From the NCBI RefSeq assembly GCF_006345805.1, contig NC_043003.1, positions 60,574,001 through 60,638,000 of the forward strand: DNA of 64,000 nt, in the 5' to 3' direction. Each line of letters begins with the position of its first letter. Position 1 is the stretch's first letter. Positions 12,895-23,780 of this stretch are shown here, in pieces. Below the pieces are notes generated by a model. The model saw only the letters and a program-made list of their open reading frames with translations, did no database searches and was not told the origin of the DNA. The position numbers and the translations under genes were made by a program. Origin of the DNA: Octopus sinensis. Taxonomy: Eukaryota.

Positions 12895-13105
12895 TTTGTG
12901 TGTTTGTGTTAGTCCTCCCACCATCGTTTGAAAACCGATGTTGGTGTGTTTACGATCTAGCGGTTCGGCAAAAGAGACCGATAGAATAAGTACTAGGTTG
13001 CAAAGAATATGTCTTTGGGTCGTTTCGTTTGACTAAATGCGGTGTCTCCGCATGGCCGCAGTCAAATGACTGAAACAAATAAAAGAATAAAAGAATAAAA
13101 GAATG
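12895..13105 (+). mobile_element. SINE family A, 3' half
   Basis: CCGATGTTGGTGTGTTTACG...GATAGAATAAGTACTAGG...CAGTCAAATGACTGAAAC. Confidence 0.85.
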
Positions 13106-13260
13106 ACAAAAGATTTCTCTATTTTAAAAGATGCTGGTACCATTATTCCAAATTCTGATGAGTTGTAGTTTGTGCGCATGTTATCTCGTTGTACACATCT
13201 TTGTGAGCACTCTGCATTGCCCTCTTGATACAACAGACTGATGTATTGTAAAGCGCTGAG

Positions 13261-13599
13261 CCATGGCGGACTAGATCTAAAAATATTGGTTGCCAGGAAA
13301 CTAAGGGGGCCCACCCGTAACTTCAACGGGGCCCACCTGCAACTATAAGGGGGCCCACCCGCAACTACAATGCTATCGTTTTTTTTTCTTCTTTTCTCTT
13401 AAAAATATTCTTTTCAACTGTCTACAAACACAACCAGGCTCAAATAATTAATACATTCTTCCAGGCGTGAATTTAAAAAATCTCAAACTTGAGGGGATGG
13501 ACGCTTTAGATACTAACATGGGCCCCCATATATGGATTCTAATGGCACAGGGGCCAACTTGCCATCGGGCAAGCTGGCAACCTGGCCAGTCTGCTACTA
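13261..13599. mobile_element. Decayed hAT-type MITE with 8-bp TSD
   Basis: TSD GCGCTGAG (13253-13260) / GCGTTGAG (13600-13607); degenerate 14-bp TIRs (CCATGGCGGACTAG vs reverse complement TAGTAGCAGACTGG); three subterminal GGGGCCCACC(C/T)G(C/T)AACT repeats at about 13304-13370. Confidence 0.65.
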
Positions 13600-13759
13600 G
13601 CGTTGAGTATGAGAATTTTAGCTGCTTCTGATTCAATAATACATGCGCATCCTCGTGTGACTGGAGTGAAAGCACTGTTATATCAACTTTAGTTTCTCCG
13701 AGTTTTACCTCCATACCGAAATACTATTTATATTTTATGTACATAAATAGTGCTAGAAA

Positions 13760-14278
13760 TAGAATACAACTAACTAACTATCCGCTCAGTCGAATTCGAC
13801 TCTCGGTTACTCGATGGATCAGTGTTCTCCAGCCAGTTCTATCCTGGGTCGCTTCTTTCAGATTGGCCATGGCCATTCCCGTGTCACTCTTGATGGTGTC
13901 AAGCCAGCGGGTTCTTGGTCGGCCTCTTCCTCTCTTGCCACTGACCATTCCGAGCATGATGTCCTTCTCCAGGGATTTTCTCCGCATAATATAACCAAAA
14001 TATGCCAATCTATGCTTGGTGATCCTAGCTTCCAGCGACAGTTTCGACTTGATCTGGTTAAGAACTTCTCCATTAGTGAGCCTCGCTGTCCATGGAATCC
14101 GTAAAAGTCTTCTCCAACACCAAAGCTCGAATGCATTAATTCTCTTCTGGTCAGCTTTCTTCAGTGTCCAGATCTCGCATCCATATGTTGCTATTGGGAA
14201 GACGATCGCATTCACCAATCTGCATTTGGTAGCAAGACTGATGTCTCTACTCTTCCAGACCTTGATCATGCTGACTAC
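13760..14278 (-). mobile_element. 5'-truncated RTE/BovB-like LINE, RT C-terminal region with intact reading frame
   Basis: ORF 13778-14269 PIATYGCEIWTLKKADQKRINAFELWCWRRLLRIPWTAR...GKRGRGRPRTRWLD closely follows the BovB/RTE C-terminus; short TAGT-type tail; perfect 15-bp TSD AAATAGTGCTAGAAA at 13745-13759 and 14279-14293. Confidence 0.95.
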
Positions 14279-14856
14279 AAATAGTGCTAGAAAATTTGAT
14301 AGTTTCCAACGGGGGTAAAGTTTGTGGTAGTGTTGTTATATATCGAAACTTAAGTCTGTACGTTTACAGATTTTGGTATCCAGCTGTGTTAAAGAAGTGA
14401 GCATATGTCAACGGTTTTCTTTGAAGTAGAACGGTAACTGGCACAAGAGACGGATAATTGTTAAAGTATTCTCTTTTATGATATCCTTATCCTTAAATGT
14501 TCTTTTTTATTTTCCTAAAATTCCAGACAAGTCTGTGGTTAAAGATCGAATGAATATGCGGTTTCTTTATCCTTTTTTTTTTATTTCCCTTAATGTATTT
14601 GTAATTCTTTGAATTTCCTTGTTCCTCTTTGTCGGTCGAAAACTAAAAATATTTTAGTACGGGTATAAAATGTGAAAAATCTGAAGATGGTACAACAGTG
14701 CTTTGACTCTGGTCACCCGCCGATGCGCATGTGCAAATCATGTACGAAACAAATATATAGAATCATTAAAGATATGTTAAAGAATTTCTTTGTGTTCTTA
14801 TTTTGATTGTGTGTGTGTGTGTTCATGATATATACTACTATCATCGACTTGCTCTT

Positions 14857-15238
14857 TTACTCTTTCACTCTTTTACTTGTTTCAGTCAGTTGACTGTGGC
14901 CATGCTGGAGCACCGCCTTTAGTCAGGCAAATCGACCCGGGGACTTATTCTTTGTAAGCCTAGTACTTATTCTATCGGCTTCTTTTGCCGAACCGCTACA
15001 TTACGGGGACGTAAACACACCGGCATCGGTTGTGAAGCGATGTTGGGGAGACAAACACACACATATAAATATACATATATACGACGGGCTTCTTTCAGTT
15101 TCCGTCTACCAAATCGACTCACAAGGCTTTGGTCGGTCCGAGGCTATAGTAGAAGGCACTTGAGCAAGGTGCCACGCCGTGGGACTGAACCCGGAACTAT
15201 GTGGTTGGTAAGGAAGCTTCTTAACACACAGCCACTCC
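14857..15238 (-). mobile_element. SINE family A, full length
   Basis: Reverse complement of the head, CORE-like segment and 3' part; short internal microsatellite. Confidence 0.92.
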
Positions 15239-15260
15239 TACGCCTAGTTGCAACTACGAC

Positions 15261-15906
15261 TTAGTTGCAATACAGACTGATGTGTGACTCGAAATTGTAA
15301 TCGATGGGATTCTTTTCGTACCAATGAAATCTGTGAACAAACTACCACTTTTAACACTACAACATATCTTTACTTCACTACAAAGCAAACATCTACTTTG
15401 TGATATCAACGAAACACCAGATTCTAGGAAAGTAAGCAACAGTGAGATGTTATGAAGTTGCAAGTTTATACAAGACATTACCAACAGCCATATTTCACTG
15501 AGAATTAATTGAAAAACTGGCAGGATAGCGGTTTATGTAATAAAAAATTTATAGAGACGTTTACTCTATGTATAATATTGAAATACGTATATACTATGGC
15601 TATCGTTTTAGTTGCTATAGAAACGGATCCATGATTCGAAATTATAATCGATGGAAATTTTATGCCAGTGGAATCTGTGAACTAGTCACCACTTGTAGCT
15701 TTACAATATATCCTTATTTGACTTCAGAGCAAACATCCACTTTGAGAAATCAACAGAGCACTAGATTCTAAGAATATAAGCAACAGTGACGTGTTATGAA
15801 AGCTGCAAGTTTATACTAAACATAACCAGCAGCCATTTTTCGCTGACAATTAATTGAAAAACTGGCAGGATAATGGTCGATGTAATAATAATTTTATAGA
15901 GACGTT
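15261..15906. repeat. Diverged tandem duplication, period 347 bp
   Basis: 15261-15561 aligns with 15608-15906 (e.g. AATTAATTGAAAAACTGGCAGGATA is in both); roughly three-quarters identical by eye. Confidence 0.9.
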
Positions 15907-17281
15907 GCTTCCGGCCAAAAAGAAAGCTTACCTAATAGTCTCCGGGTTCATATCTACATTACACAAACATAATATCTAATTCTTAAAATGTATTAAATGC
16001 TTGAACTAGAGACTGCCTTTCTAGTTGACTGCTTCAAACATACAAACAATTTAGTCAGGATTTAGACAAGCTGTCTTCCATATAATTCATGCATATTCTC
16101 TATCACCATCTCTCTCTCTCTCTATTTCTCTCTCTCTCTTCCTCCCTCTCTGTTTCTTTTAATTCTTCCTTTCTTTCTTCCATTATTTATATATTTATTA
16201 CGTTGTATATTCCAATTTCTTCCTCTTTTTTGCCCATTTATCTATCACTTTCCAACTTCCTACTCCTCCCCTCTTCCGCCGCCTCCTCCTCCTCCTCCTC
16301 CCATCTGTCTTTCGTTTTGCTTTCTACTCTTATGTAATCTTTATAGCAGGGAAATTTTATTTTATACACACACGCAAACACACACACAGAGGCACATATG
16401 CACACATAATATACATATCTATATCATGCATAATATGCATATATACATATACATATGTTCATATATACATATAGAAATATGTACATACATGTATATATAC
16501 GTCTATATTTATATATATGTATACATATAAATGTATCTGCATGTATACGTATGTGTATATGCGTGAGTGTACGTGTGTATGTATATATAGCAAGGCGTGC
16601 GCTGAATAATAGAAACGAAGGCTCATTGAATTGCAGTATTTCGTTACATTTTTTGCATGTACTTTCTGAGTTAAAATCCAGCCAAATGACCGTGAATGTG
16701 TTTTGCTTTTCATTTCCCCCAGAACTAGTGAAATAAATACCAGTTATACTCTCATACTGATCATATTGAATATAACTTGCTTTAGAATGGTGTAGCCTTT
16801 GTGGCACTATTTTATATCTTAGCCTCGTACCTGTGAAGAATGACAGAGCTTACTTCTTTTTGTCAGTGAATTTGCTTTATTGATAAAAGTACATCTTATC
16901 CTGATGACGGTGTTTCGGCATGGTTTAGCTCCTTCAGTGATAAACGCCACCTCGGTCATTTTGATCATGGCCAAAACTTTTATCTATAGGGCGGAATTTT
17001 TCTCTGTAACAAAACCAGCAGTGAATGCTTTTCACGCCCTAGTGTGCAGAGGCCTGGTAAAAATAAATGTACTCATCTTTATTTCGGTTGTCGCAGCTTA
17101 GAATATTTACGCTGAATTAAATCTAGTTTGGCAATCCTCAGCGCATAGCTAGCATTCGTTTTTTTGTTTTCTATGCTCGAGCAGAAGTTCAAGCCTAACT
17201 CCAAATTACTAACATTGTATACCTCTGAGGAGAGGAAACAAACAAACACACACACACACACACACACATACACACACACAG

Positions 17282-17382
<101 letters not shown>

Positions 17383-18700
17383 TAATAGATAGATATATAC
17401 ATACATACATGCATACATACATACATACAAACATACATACATACATACATACATACATACATGATAGATAGATAGATAAATAGACAGACAGACAGATAGA
17501 TACTTTTCGGTAAGGAATTGTCAACTTAAGTAGACATTCAGCAATAACGTTTGTTTCTATTTTCAAATCACTGCTGAAACAGCATAAATACCCGTGCAAA
17601 AGCATGAATATCTCCACATCCTTTTCTCATTACACGGATATTTAAAGTATGGAACCTATGTACAGAAATTCCTTCAATATCGACATAAAGTAAGAGTTAA
17701 ATATCCTTTAAGACGAACCAAAACCGTGGAGGTATAGAAATTAGCCAGCCAAGAATTTGTTGGAGTTAACATTAAGCTTTCGAGAAAGCCACGAAAATCA
17801 CAAAACTATAATTTTTCTTATCCACAAAACAGTAACAAGGTGTCTTATCATGAAATATATCGTGGTACGCAACATGAGTGAATACGAAATTAAAACCCTT
17901 TCCCTTCACTGGGGTATGCACATATAATGTTCTTACTATCATTACGAACGTCACAATACCCTCAGATTCTATGAATCTAAGGCTTACTGTAAAATTGCAA
18001 TAAATTGAGAAGGTTTTATAGAACAGTTTTTGAGTAAGTGATGAAAACTTAAACCAGTGAAAGATGTGAGTTGACAGCAAAAGAACATAAATTATGGGAT
18101 TGGGTGCTTACCATTCCTTACAATCTAGAACCAGAAACTAGAATTATATATCAAATGTGCCGAGAGACGATATACAAACAGATACCGTCAAGATGGTTTG
18201 TATGCCCAAGTGACTCTCGAAAGTCATTAAGCCCTAACAGAGCTGTGTCCAGTTAAAGGGGCTGTTATAAAATTCGTGAGACTAGTGGTGCGGGCAAAAG
18301 GCTACACGCGGTAGTTTTTCATTTGAAGAACTACGGACTAGCGTTTCTAATACGGGGAATGTCGAGTTGCATGTAAGATACTCTGAAATGACTAAGGCGG
18401 TGGACGAGGATTATAAGTGCTTTTAATTTTCATGCTATGTTTAATTTTTCTGTTAAGATATATCTTATTTTAATTCTATAGAGTTATATTAAATATTTAA
18501 TTTATATCTGCAACCATGCTTTTATAAACTTTTAATTTGTTCTCTTTTTTTTTATTGTGTGCCTTTCACACCTCACTGCGACCTTATATTATTTGTGTGT
18601 TTGTATTTGTAAGTTTTGTACAGTTTTTTATATTGTTTTAGTGCATCTTTTTGTCTTTCATCACTAATAAAGAAAATTATCATCATCTTCATCGTATATG

Positions 18701-18761
<61 letters not shown>

Positions 18762-18770
18762 AAATGAAAG

Positions 18771-18979
18771 AATGAATAGAGCCAAAAGTAAGATGGAGTA
18801 CGATTCGACAGCTTTTTTAATGACCACTACAAATGTTTCGATTCAACATAGATCCACATATGTACAGGATTTAAATTTAAATCCTGTACATATGTGGATC
18901 TATGTTGTATCGAAACATTTGCAGTGGTCATTAAAAATCTGCCGAATCGTACTCCATCTTACTGTTAGCTCTATTTATT
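18771..18979. repeat. Spacer-less palindrome of about 209 bp (foldback)
   Basis: Perfect 64-bp palindrome 18844-18907 centred on ATTTAAA|TTTAAAT; arms extend with about 7 substitutions and 1 indel. Confidence 0.95.
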
Positions 18980-19005
18980 TTTCACTGACGAAAAGCGCCT
19001 AAACC

Positions 19006-19106
19006 TACAATTGGTAGTATGCCATAATACTGCTGGGTGTCTGGTAATTCTAAGGGTGAACGAGCTCTGTTTTGTTCTCTAATACGTTCTTAACGGGATA
19101 CACCTC

Positions 19107-19183
<77 letters not shown>

Positions 19184-20119
19184 CATATATATATGCCATG
19201 GCTCGGCTTTGCGAGCGAAGATCAGGAAGGCTGTCCACGTCACGTGCATGCACGCTCATGACTGACAAGTCCGATATGGGAAAGGCAGGTCCGTGAGCAG
19301 TGTCTACAGACGAAGGTAACATCCGGTGTGGTATCAGAGGCGGCTCGCACCTTCCTCCTGCGTCTCTTGTCTTTAAGTGCGTCTCTTCTTTATTCCTCAA
19401 ACTTGCTGACTGCGTTGAAGATCGTGTGGCGCCAGACGTCACAGTCCACAGCCAGGTCTGACCAGTATTGGTGGTTAATATGACATGCTGTTAGAGATTT
19501 CTTGAGGCAGTCTTTGTAGCGCTTCCTCGGAGCTCCTCTCACTCGGTGGCCGGTGGAGAGTTCGCCAAACAGGGCAATCTTAGGAAGGCGATAGTTCTCC
19601 ATTCTGGAGACATGCCCTGCCCATCGGAGGTGGTACTTCAGTAGCATGGCTTCAATGCTGGGGATCTCGACTCGCTCCAAGACTTCAATGTTTGTGACGA
19701 AGTCACTCCAGTGAATGTTGAGGATGGTGCGGAGACATCGCCGGTGGAAGCGCTCGAGGAGACGGATGTGATTGCGGTAAGTGATCCAGGTCTCTGAGCC
19801 ATAGAGAAGAGTGGTGGGAACCACGGCCCTGTAGACACTGATCTTTGTTTTGTTCTTCAGATTATTATTGTGCTAAACACGTTTGTACAATCTGCCAAAG
19901 GACCTATTTGTCTTGGAGAGTCTATTTTCAATTTCTTTGTCGATCATTGCATCGAATGAGATGATGCATCCCAGGTATGTAAAATGTAAAATGCCCAAGT
20001 ATGTAAACCTACATACAATTAGTAGTACACCATAATACTGCTGGGTGTCTGGTAATTCTAAGGGTGAACGAGCTCTGTTTTGTTCTCTAATACGTTCTTA
20101 ATGGAATACACCTCAATTA
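19006..20119 (+). repeat. 106-bp direct repeats (19006-19111 and 20014-20119) flanking the RTE insertion
   Basis: 101/106 identical; unique sequence not seen elsewhere in the window. Confidence 0.92.
19112..19990 (-). mobile_element. 5'-truncated RTE-clade LINE (second family) with (TA)n tail, mildly decayed
   Basis: Translation YLGCII...VPTTLLYGSETW...LRWAGHVSRM...RLPK...GEL...KRYKDCLKK, frameshifted C-terminal CRHC...H zinc finger, 3' UTR GATCTTCGCTCGCAAAGCCGAGCC. Confidence 0.95.
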
Positions 20120-20559
20120 CATATATATATGCATGTATGTATATATATATATATATATATACATACATACAAATTTATGTATATACACATACATATGCAT
20201 GCACCCATACACATGTGCACACACACACACACATACACATTCCCATTCCGTCCACGCACATACGCCAACACATACACACACACACACAACGACACTCACC
20301 CATTCATACAGGTACACCCACCCATTCCTATAGCTGTGAGCCTCTCAGAACGACATTAACACACACGCACAAGGGTCCTACCACACACTCACAGACTGTG
20401 CACACAAACACAAACACACACACACACACAGAGTTAATACCATACACATGCCACCACACGCACGCACGCACACACACACACACGCTACCATACATATACA
20501 CGCTACCACACACACAGACGCTAACACACGCACTGACACTAACACACACACACACACAA

Positions 20560-20840
20560 ACATAGTGACCATTTTTACACTCTCCTGTCCCAGAAAGCAC
20601 TTTCGCTTCATTCCTTCTACTTCCCGTGACTTCAGAAATGTAACCGCACGTGATTGTTGGCGATCCCCCCTCCTGCCTTTCGTCCTGGACTTCCCTGTTT
20701 TTCCTGCTTCCGAGGAAGAGCTATGCTCGAAACGTAAAACTACTGCTCTTTTCTCTTTCTGAGCGTCTTATTAATACATTGCTTGTACAACGCCCTCACG
20801 TTTGTTTGATTTTTCTTTTTCTTTTACTCTGTGTTTTTTT
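20560..20840 (+). mobile_element. Penelope-like pseudo-LTR fragment carrying a hammerhead motif
   Basis: Contains GAGGAAGAGCTATGCTCGAAACGTA; its 3' part CTGAGCG...CCCTCACGT recurs, internally deleted, at 43087-43125. Confidence 0.55.
20706..20740 (+). ncRNA. Minimal type I hammerhead ribozyme motif (U4C variant, probably inactive)
   Basis: CCGAGGA-A-GAGC-TAT-GCTC-GAAA-CGT-A: 4-bp helix II, palindromic ACGT helix III, GUA triplet, weak helix I. Confidence 0.55.
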
Positions 20841-20866
20841 AATTCGTAATTTACTATATATGCATA

Positions 20867-22064
20867 TATTGTGTCATTTCATAAATAATGCGGCTTTTCA
20901 ATTACATAAACTAAAAATCGGAGGGGGTGGCATAAAATAATTGCATCAGCTTGCTATAAAAGCGGGTAGTAATTTTACTTTGTGCTTATTCTTAGTGCAA
21001 GTTTTGAAGAGTGTAGTTCGATTTTAACAGCTATTTTTTCAAAGCTATAAAGGAAGTGACAAAGGAGCATATTCAATATATATTACTTCATGAGCCCAAT
21101 AAAGGCAACGACGCAACGGAGAGTGCGAGGAATATTAATGCAGTATATGGAGATCGAACAATAAGCGTAATTCAGTGTCAACGGTGGTTCTAGAAATTTC
21201 GAGTTGGAAATTACAGCCTAAATAACGAGCCTCGTTCTGGAAGATCTCAAGAGCTCGACGAGGACGTCTTGCAAATCCTGGGGGAACAAAACCCCATCAT
21301 AACTGTTGAGGAACTAAGAGAGAAGCTTGGATTTGGTCATTTAACCATTCATCGACACCTGAGTGCCATCGGAAAAGTCAGCAAATTGTGTCAATGTGTT
21401 TCTCAAACTTTCTAAATGTAATCGCGCGCAGAGAATGAATGCCTTTTTCGACCGAACAGTGACTGATGACGAGAAATGGGTTCTCTATAAAAATGTCAAG
21501 CGCCGAAGATAGTGGGTAGGGAAAGGAGAAACACCGCACCCCAGGCTAGAGAAGGTCTTCACGCACGTAAAGTATTATCTGTTTGGTGGGATATGAAAGG
21601 TTTAGTCCACTTTCAACTTTTAAACTCAAACCAAATTATAACAAAGGTGATCTATTGTGAGCATCTTGAGTGGCTTAAGTGAGCGCTAGAAGAAAAACGA
21701 CCATCTTTGGTTTGAAGACGAATATGCTCGGCTGCATACAGCGAGGATGATATTCCAAAGGCTGGAGCAGTTTGAATGGGAAACGATGCCCTACCCATCA
21801 TATTCACCAGACATTGCCCCATCTGAGTATCATTTATTCCGCAGTCTTCAAAATCATTTGGATGGTAAAAATATGAATTCTGTAGACGAGGTCTGAACAG
21901 TACTGGAAGAGTATTTTGGAAGAGGAGCCTTGCATGTCTACCAGATAGATGGAAGAGTATTGTGGAAAATGAAGAGAGTATATTTTAGATTCAAAGAACT
22001 TTGTTTATCTTAATTTTGAAAAATAAAAGTATAAAAACCGCATTATTTATGGGATGACCCAATA
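20867..22064 (+). mobile_element. Decayed full-length mariner transposon (about 1.2 kb)
   Basis: 27-bp terminal inverted match including the TA (24/27; TATTGGGTCATCCCATAAATAATGCGG); transposase relics TDDEKWVLYKNVKRR, SVWWDMKG, YPSYSPDIAPSEYHLFRSLQNHLDGK, LPDRWKSIVEN with stops and frameshifts. Confidence 0.95.
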
Positions 22065-22349
22065 TATATATATATATATAAGTTTTAAAATATACTGTAA
22101 ATGCACAAATGAAAAACAGACACAGAATGGCAAGCTAAAATGATACAGTAAATATGAGTAAATATTTGAGTAAAGCGTTGCCTTCTGATCGTTATTGTCG
22201 AGTAAACTTGTTACTGAAACGTTTCTGTATAGAGCCATCGCAAGAGATACAAGATGAGTCCTCTATTATCATAGCTAACATAAATGACAATGGTTAGCGC
22301 CCAATGAATAGGGAGAATCCAACCCCCAACTAAGACTACACCCGAATAT

Positions 22350-22830
22350 AGAAATGCCATTTGTTTCGTAGGATGTGAAGGGTGTCGACTATTATGAAGT
22401 ATTAAACCAAAATGAAACAGTTAATGCACAGAAGTATTATCGTCAGTTAGAAGCATTGTATAAAAGATTTGCAGAATCAGAGTCCCTCATTGGTAAATCG
22501 TAAAAGTGCGTTGCTCTTATGCGATAATACACGACCGCGTGTTGACCAAGTCATTCAGTAGAATGTTATGACATTAAATACGGAAGTTTTTCCTCGTCCT
22601 CCCTACTCTCCTGTCCTTGCTGCATCTGACTATCATTTTTCAGATCATTGTAGCGTTATTTAGAAGGGAACCAGTTTATTAATTGTGAAGAAGCAGAAAT
22701 TAATATTGTTCCTTTGTTTTGAAACATGTAACTTTTTCGTCGTAGTGATCAACAATTATTTACATATATGGAATATTATCAATAATGAGGGGGAATATTA
22801 ATTTGGACCAAAGAAGCATTTGCTTCTTTT
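22350..22830 (+). mobile_element. Second mariner-family transposase relic (catalytic domain)
   Basis: DVKGVDYYEVLNQNETVNAQKYYRQL, LLLCDNTRPRV, PRPPYSPVLAASDYH motifs with frameshifts. Confidence 0.85.
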
Positions 22831-22889
22831 CCATATTTGGAAGCGACAGAATTTTCAACCTTAAATATATGATACATATGGGGTGGCAT

Positions 22890-22958
22890 ATGTCAAGCGC
22901 CGAAGACAGTGGGTAGGGAAAGGAGAAACACCGATACCCCAGGCTAGAGAAGGTCTTC
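22890..22958 (+). mobile_element. Isolated 69-bp internal fragment of the same mariner family as 20867-22064
   Basis: Matches 21493-21560 except CAG vs TAG and a short indel region. Confidence 0.9.
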
Positions 22959-23112
22959 GAAAGCCAAATGAATGGTGAAGTGCATTGTGTTCAGCTGTGC
23001 ATAACAGCAGCCAATACTCTCGTCGATAGCATGATACCATGATATGCGCCGCGCGCGCACACACACACAAACACACATATATAATGTTATCGACTAGAGC
23101 ATCGGATGCTGT

Positions 23113-23164
<52 letters not shown>

Positions 23165-23169
<5 letters not shown>

Positions 23170-23780
23170 TTAAATAATGAGGGTGAGAAATTGAATATTA
23201 ATTTAATTAACATCAATTTAAAACCAGTAGCCTAGCATATAGAAAAATCTGAAAATTCAGAAAAAGCGTAATACATGCGTATAATAGGGATGACTACTAA
23301 GTGGACATCCAATATGCTAGAAGAAAATCACCTACGATCTAACTACAAAGAAAAGAATGTTCTCTAGAGAAATTCAGCAAACACTAGAACATAAGCGGGT
23401 AAGACAGATGAAAATATACAAAATACAGAATTAATCGTAGATCGATTTCGTCATCAACGATTTTACTTACGTAATCATCGTCCGTAGAATTTCAGTACGA
23501 CCGTTCCAATTCAATATTTGTAGAACTATACACTAGTTGTCCTTATAAAATTAGATGTGTGTGTAGTTCTACCGATTACATTGGGGTTATTTTCAAATAT
23601 CTAAGTTCTGGCGCGCTAAATCCCGGAAACAGTTCCGCAGTAGATAATTCCCGCTTATGTTCTGGTGTTTGCTGAATTTCTCTAGAGAACATTCTTTTCT
23701 TTGTAGTTAGATCGTAGGTGATCTTCTTCTAGCATATTGGATGTCTGCTTAGTGGTCATCTCTATTATACACATGTATAC
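23165..23780. mobile_element. Penelope-like non-autonomous element with a 129-bp inverted repeat
   Basis: Arms 23271-23399 and 23650-23778, 122/129 identical; start ATGAGGGTGAGAAATT...TTAATTTAATTAACATC recurs at about 44630-44680. Penelope assignment is inferred. Confidence 0.6.

Noticed and set aside
14681-14755. CTGAAGA...GTACGAAAC hammerhead-like pair
   Set aside because: Needs two extra core bases and has no NUH site or helix I.
16900-16940. Minus-strand CTGAAGG...GCCGAAACACCGTC
   Set aside because: A9 is absent, helix II is only 2 bp and helix I cannot form.
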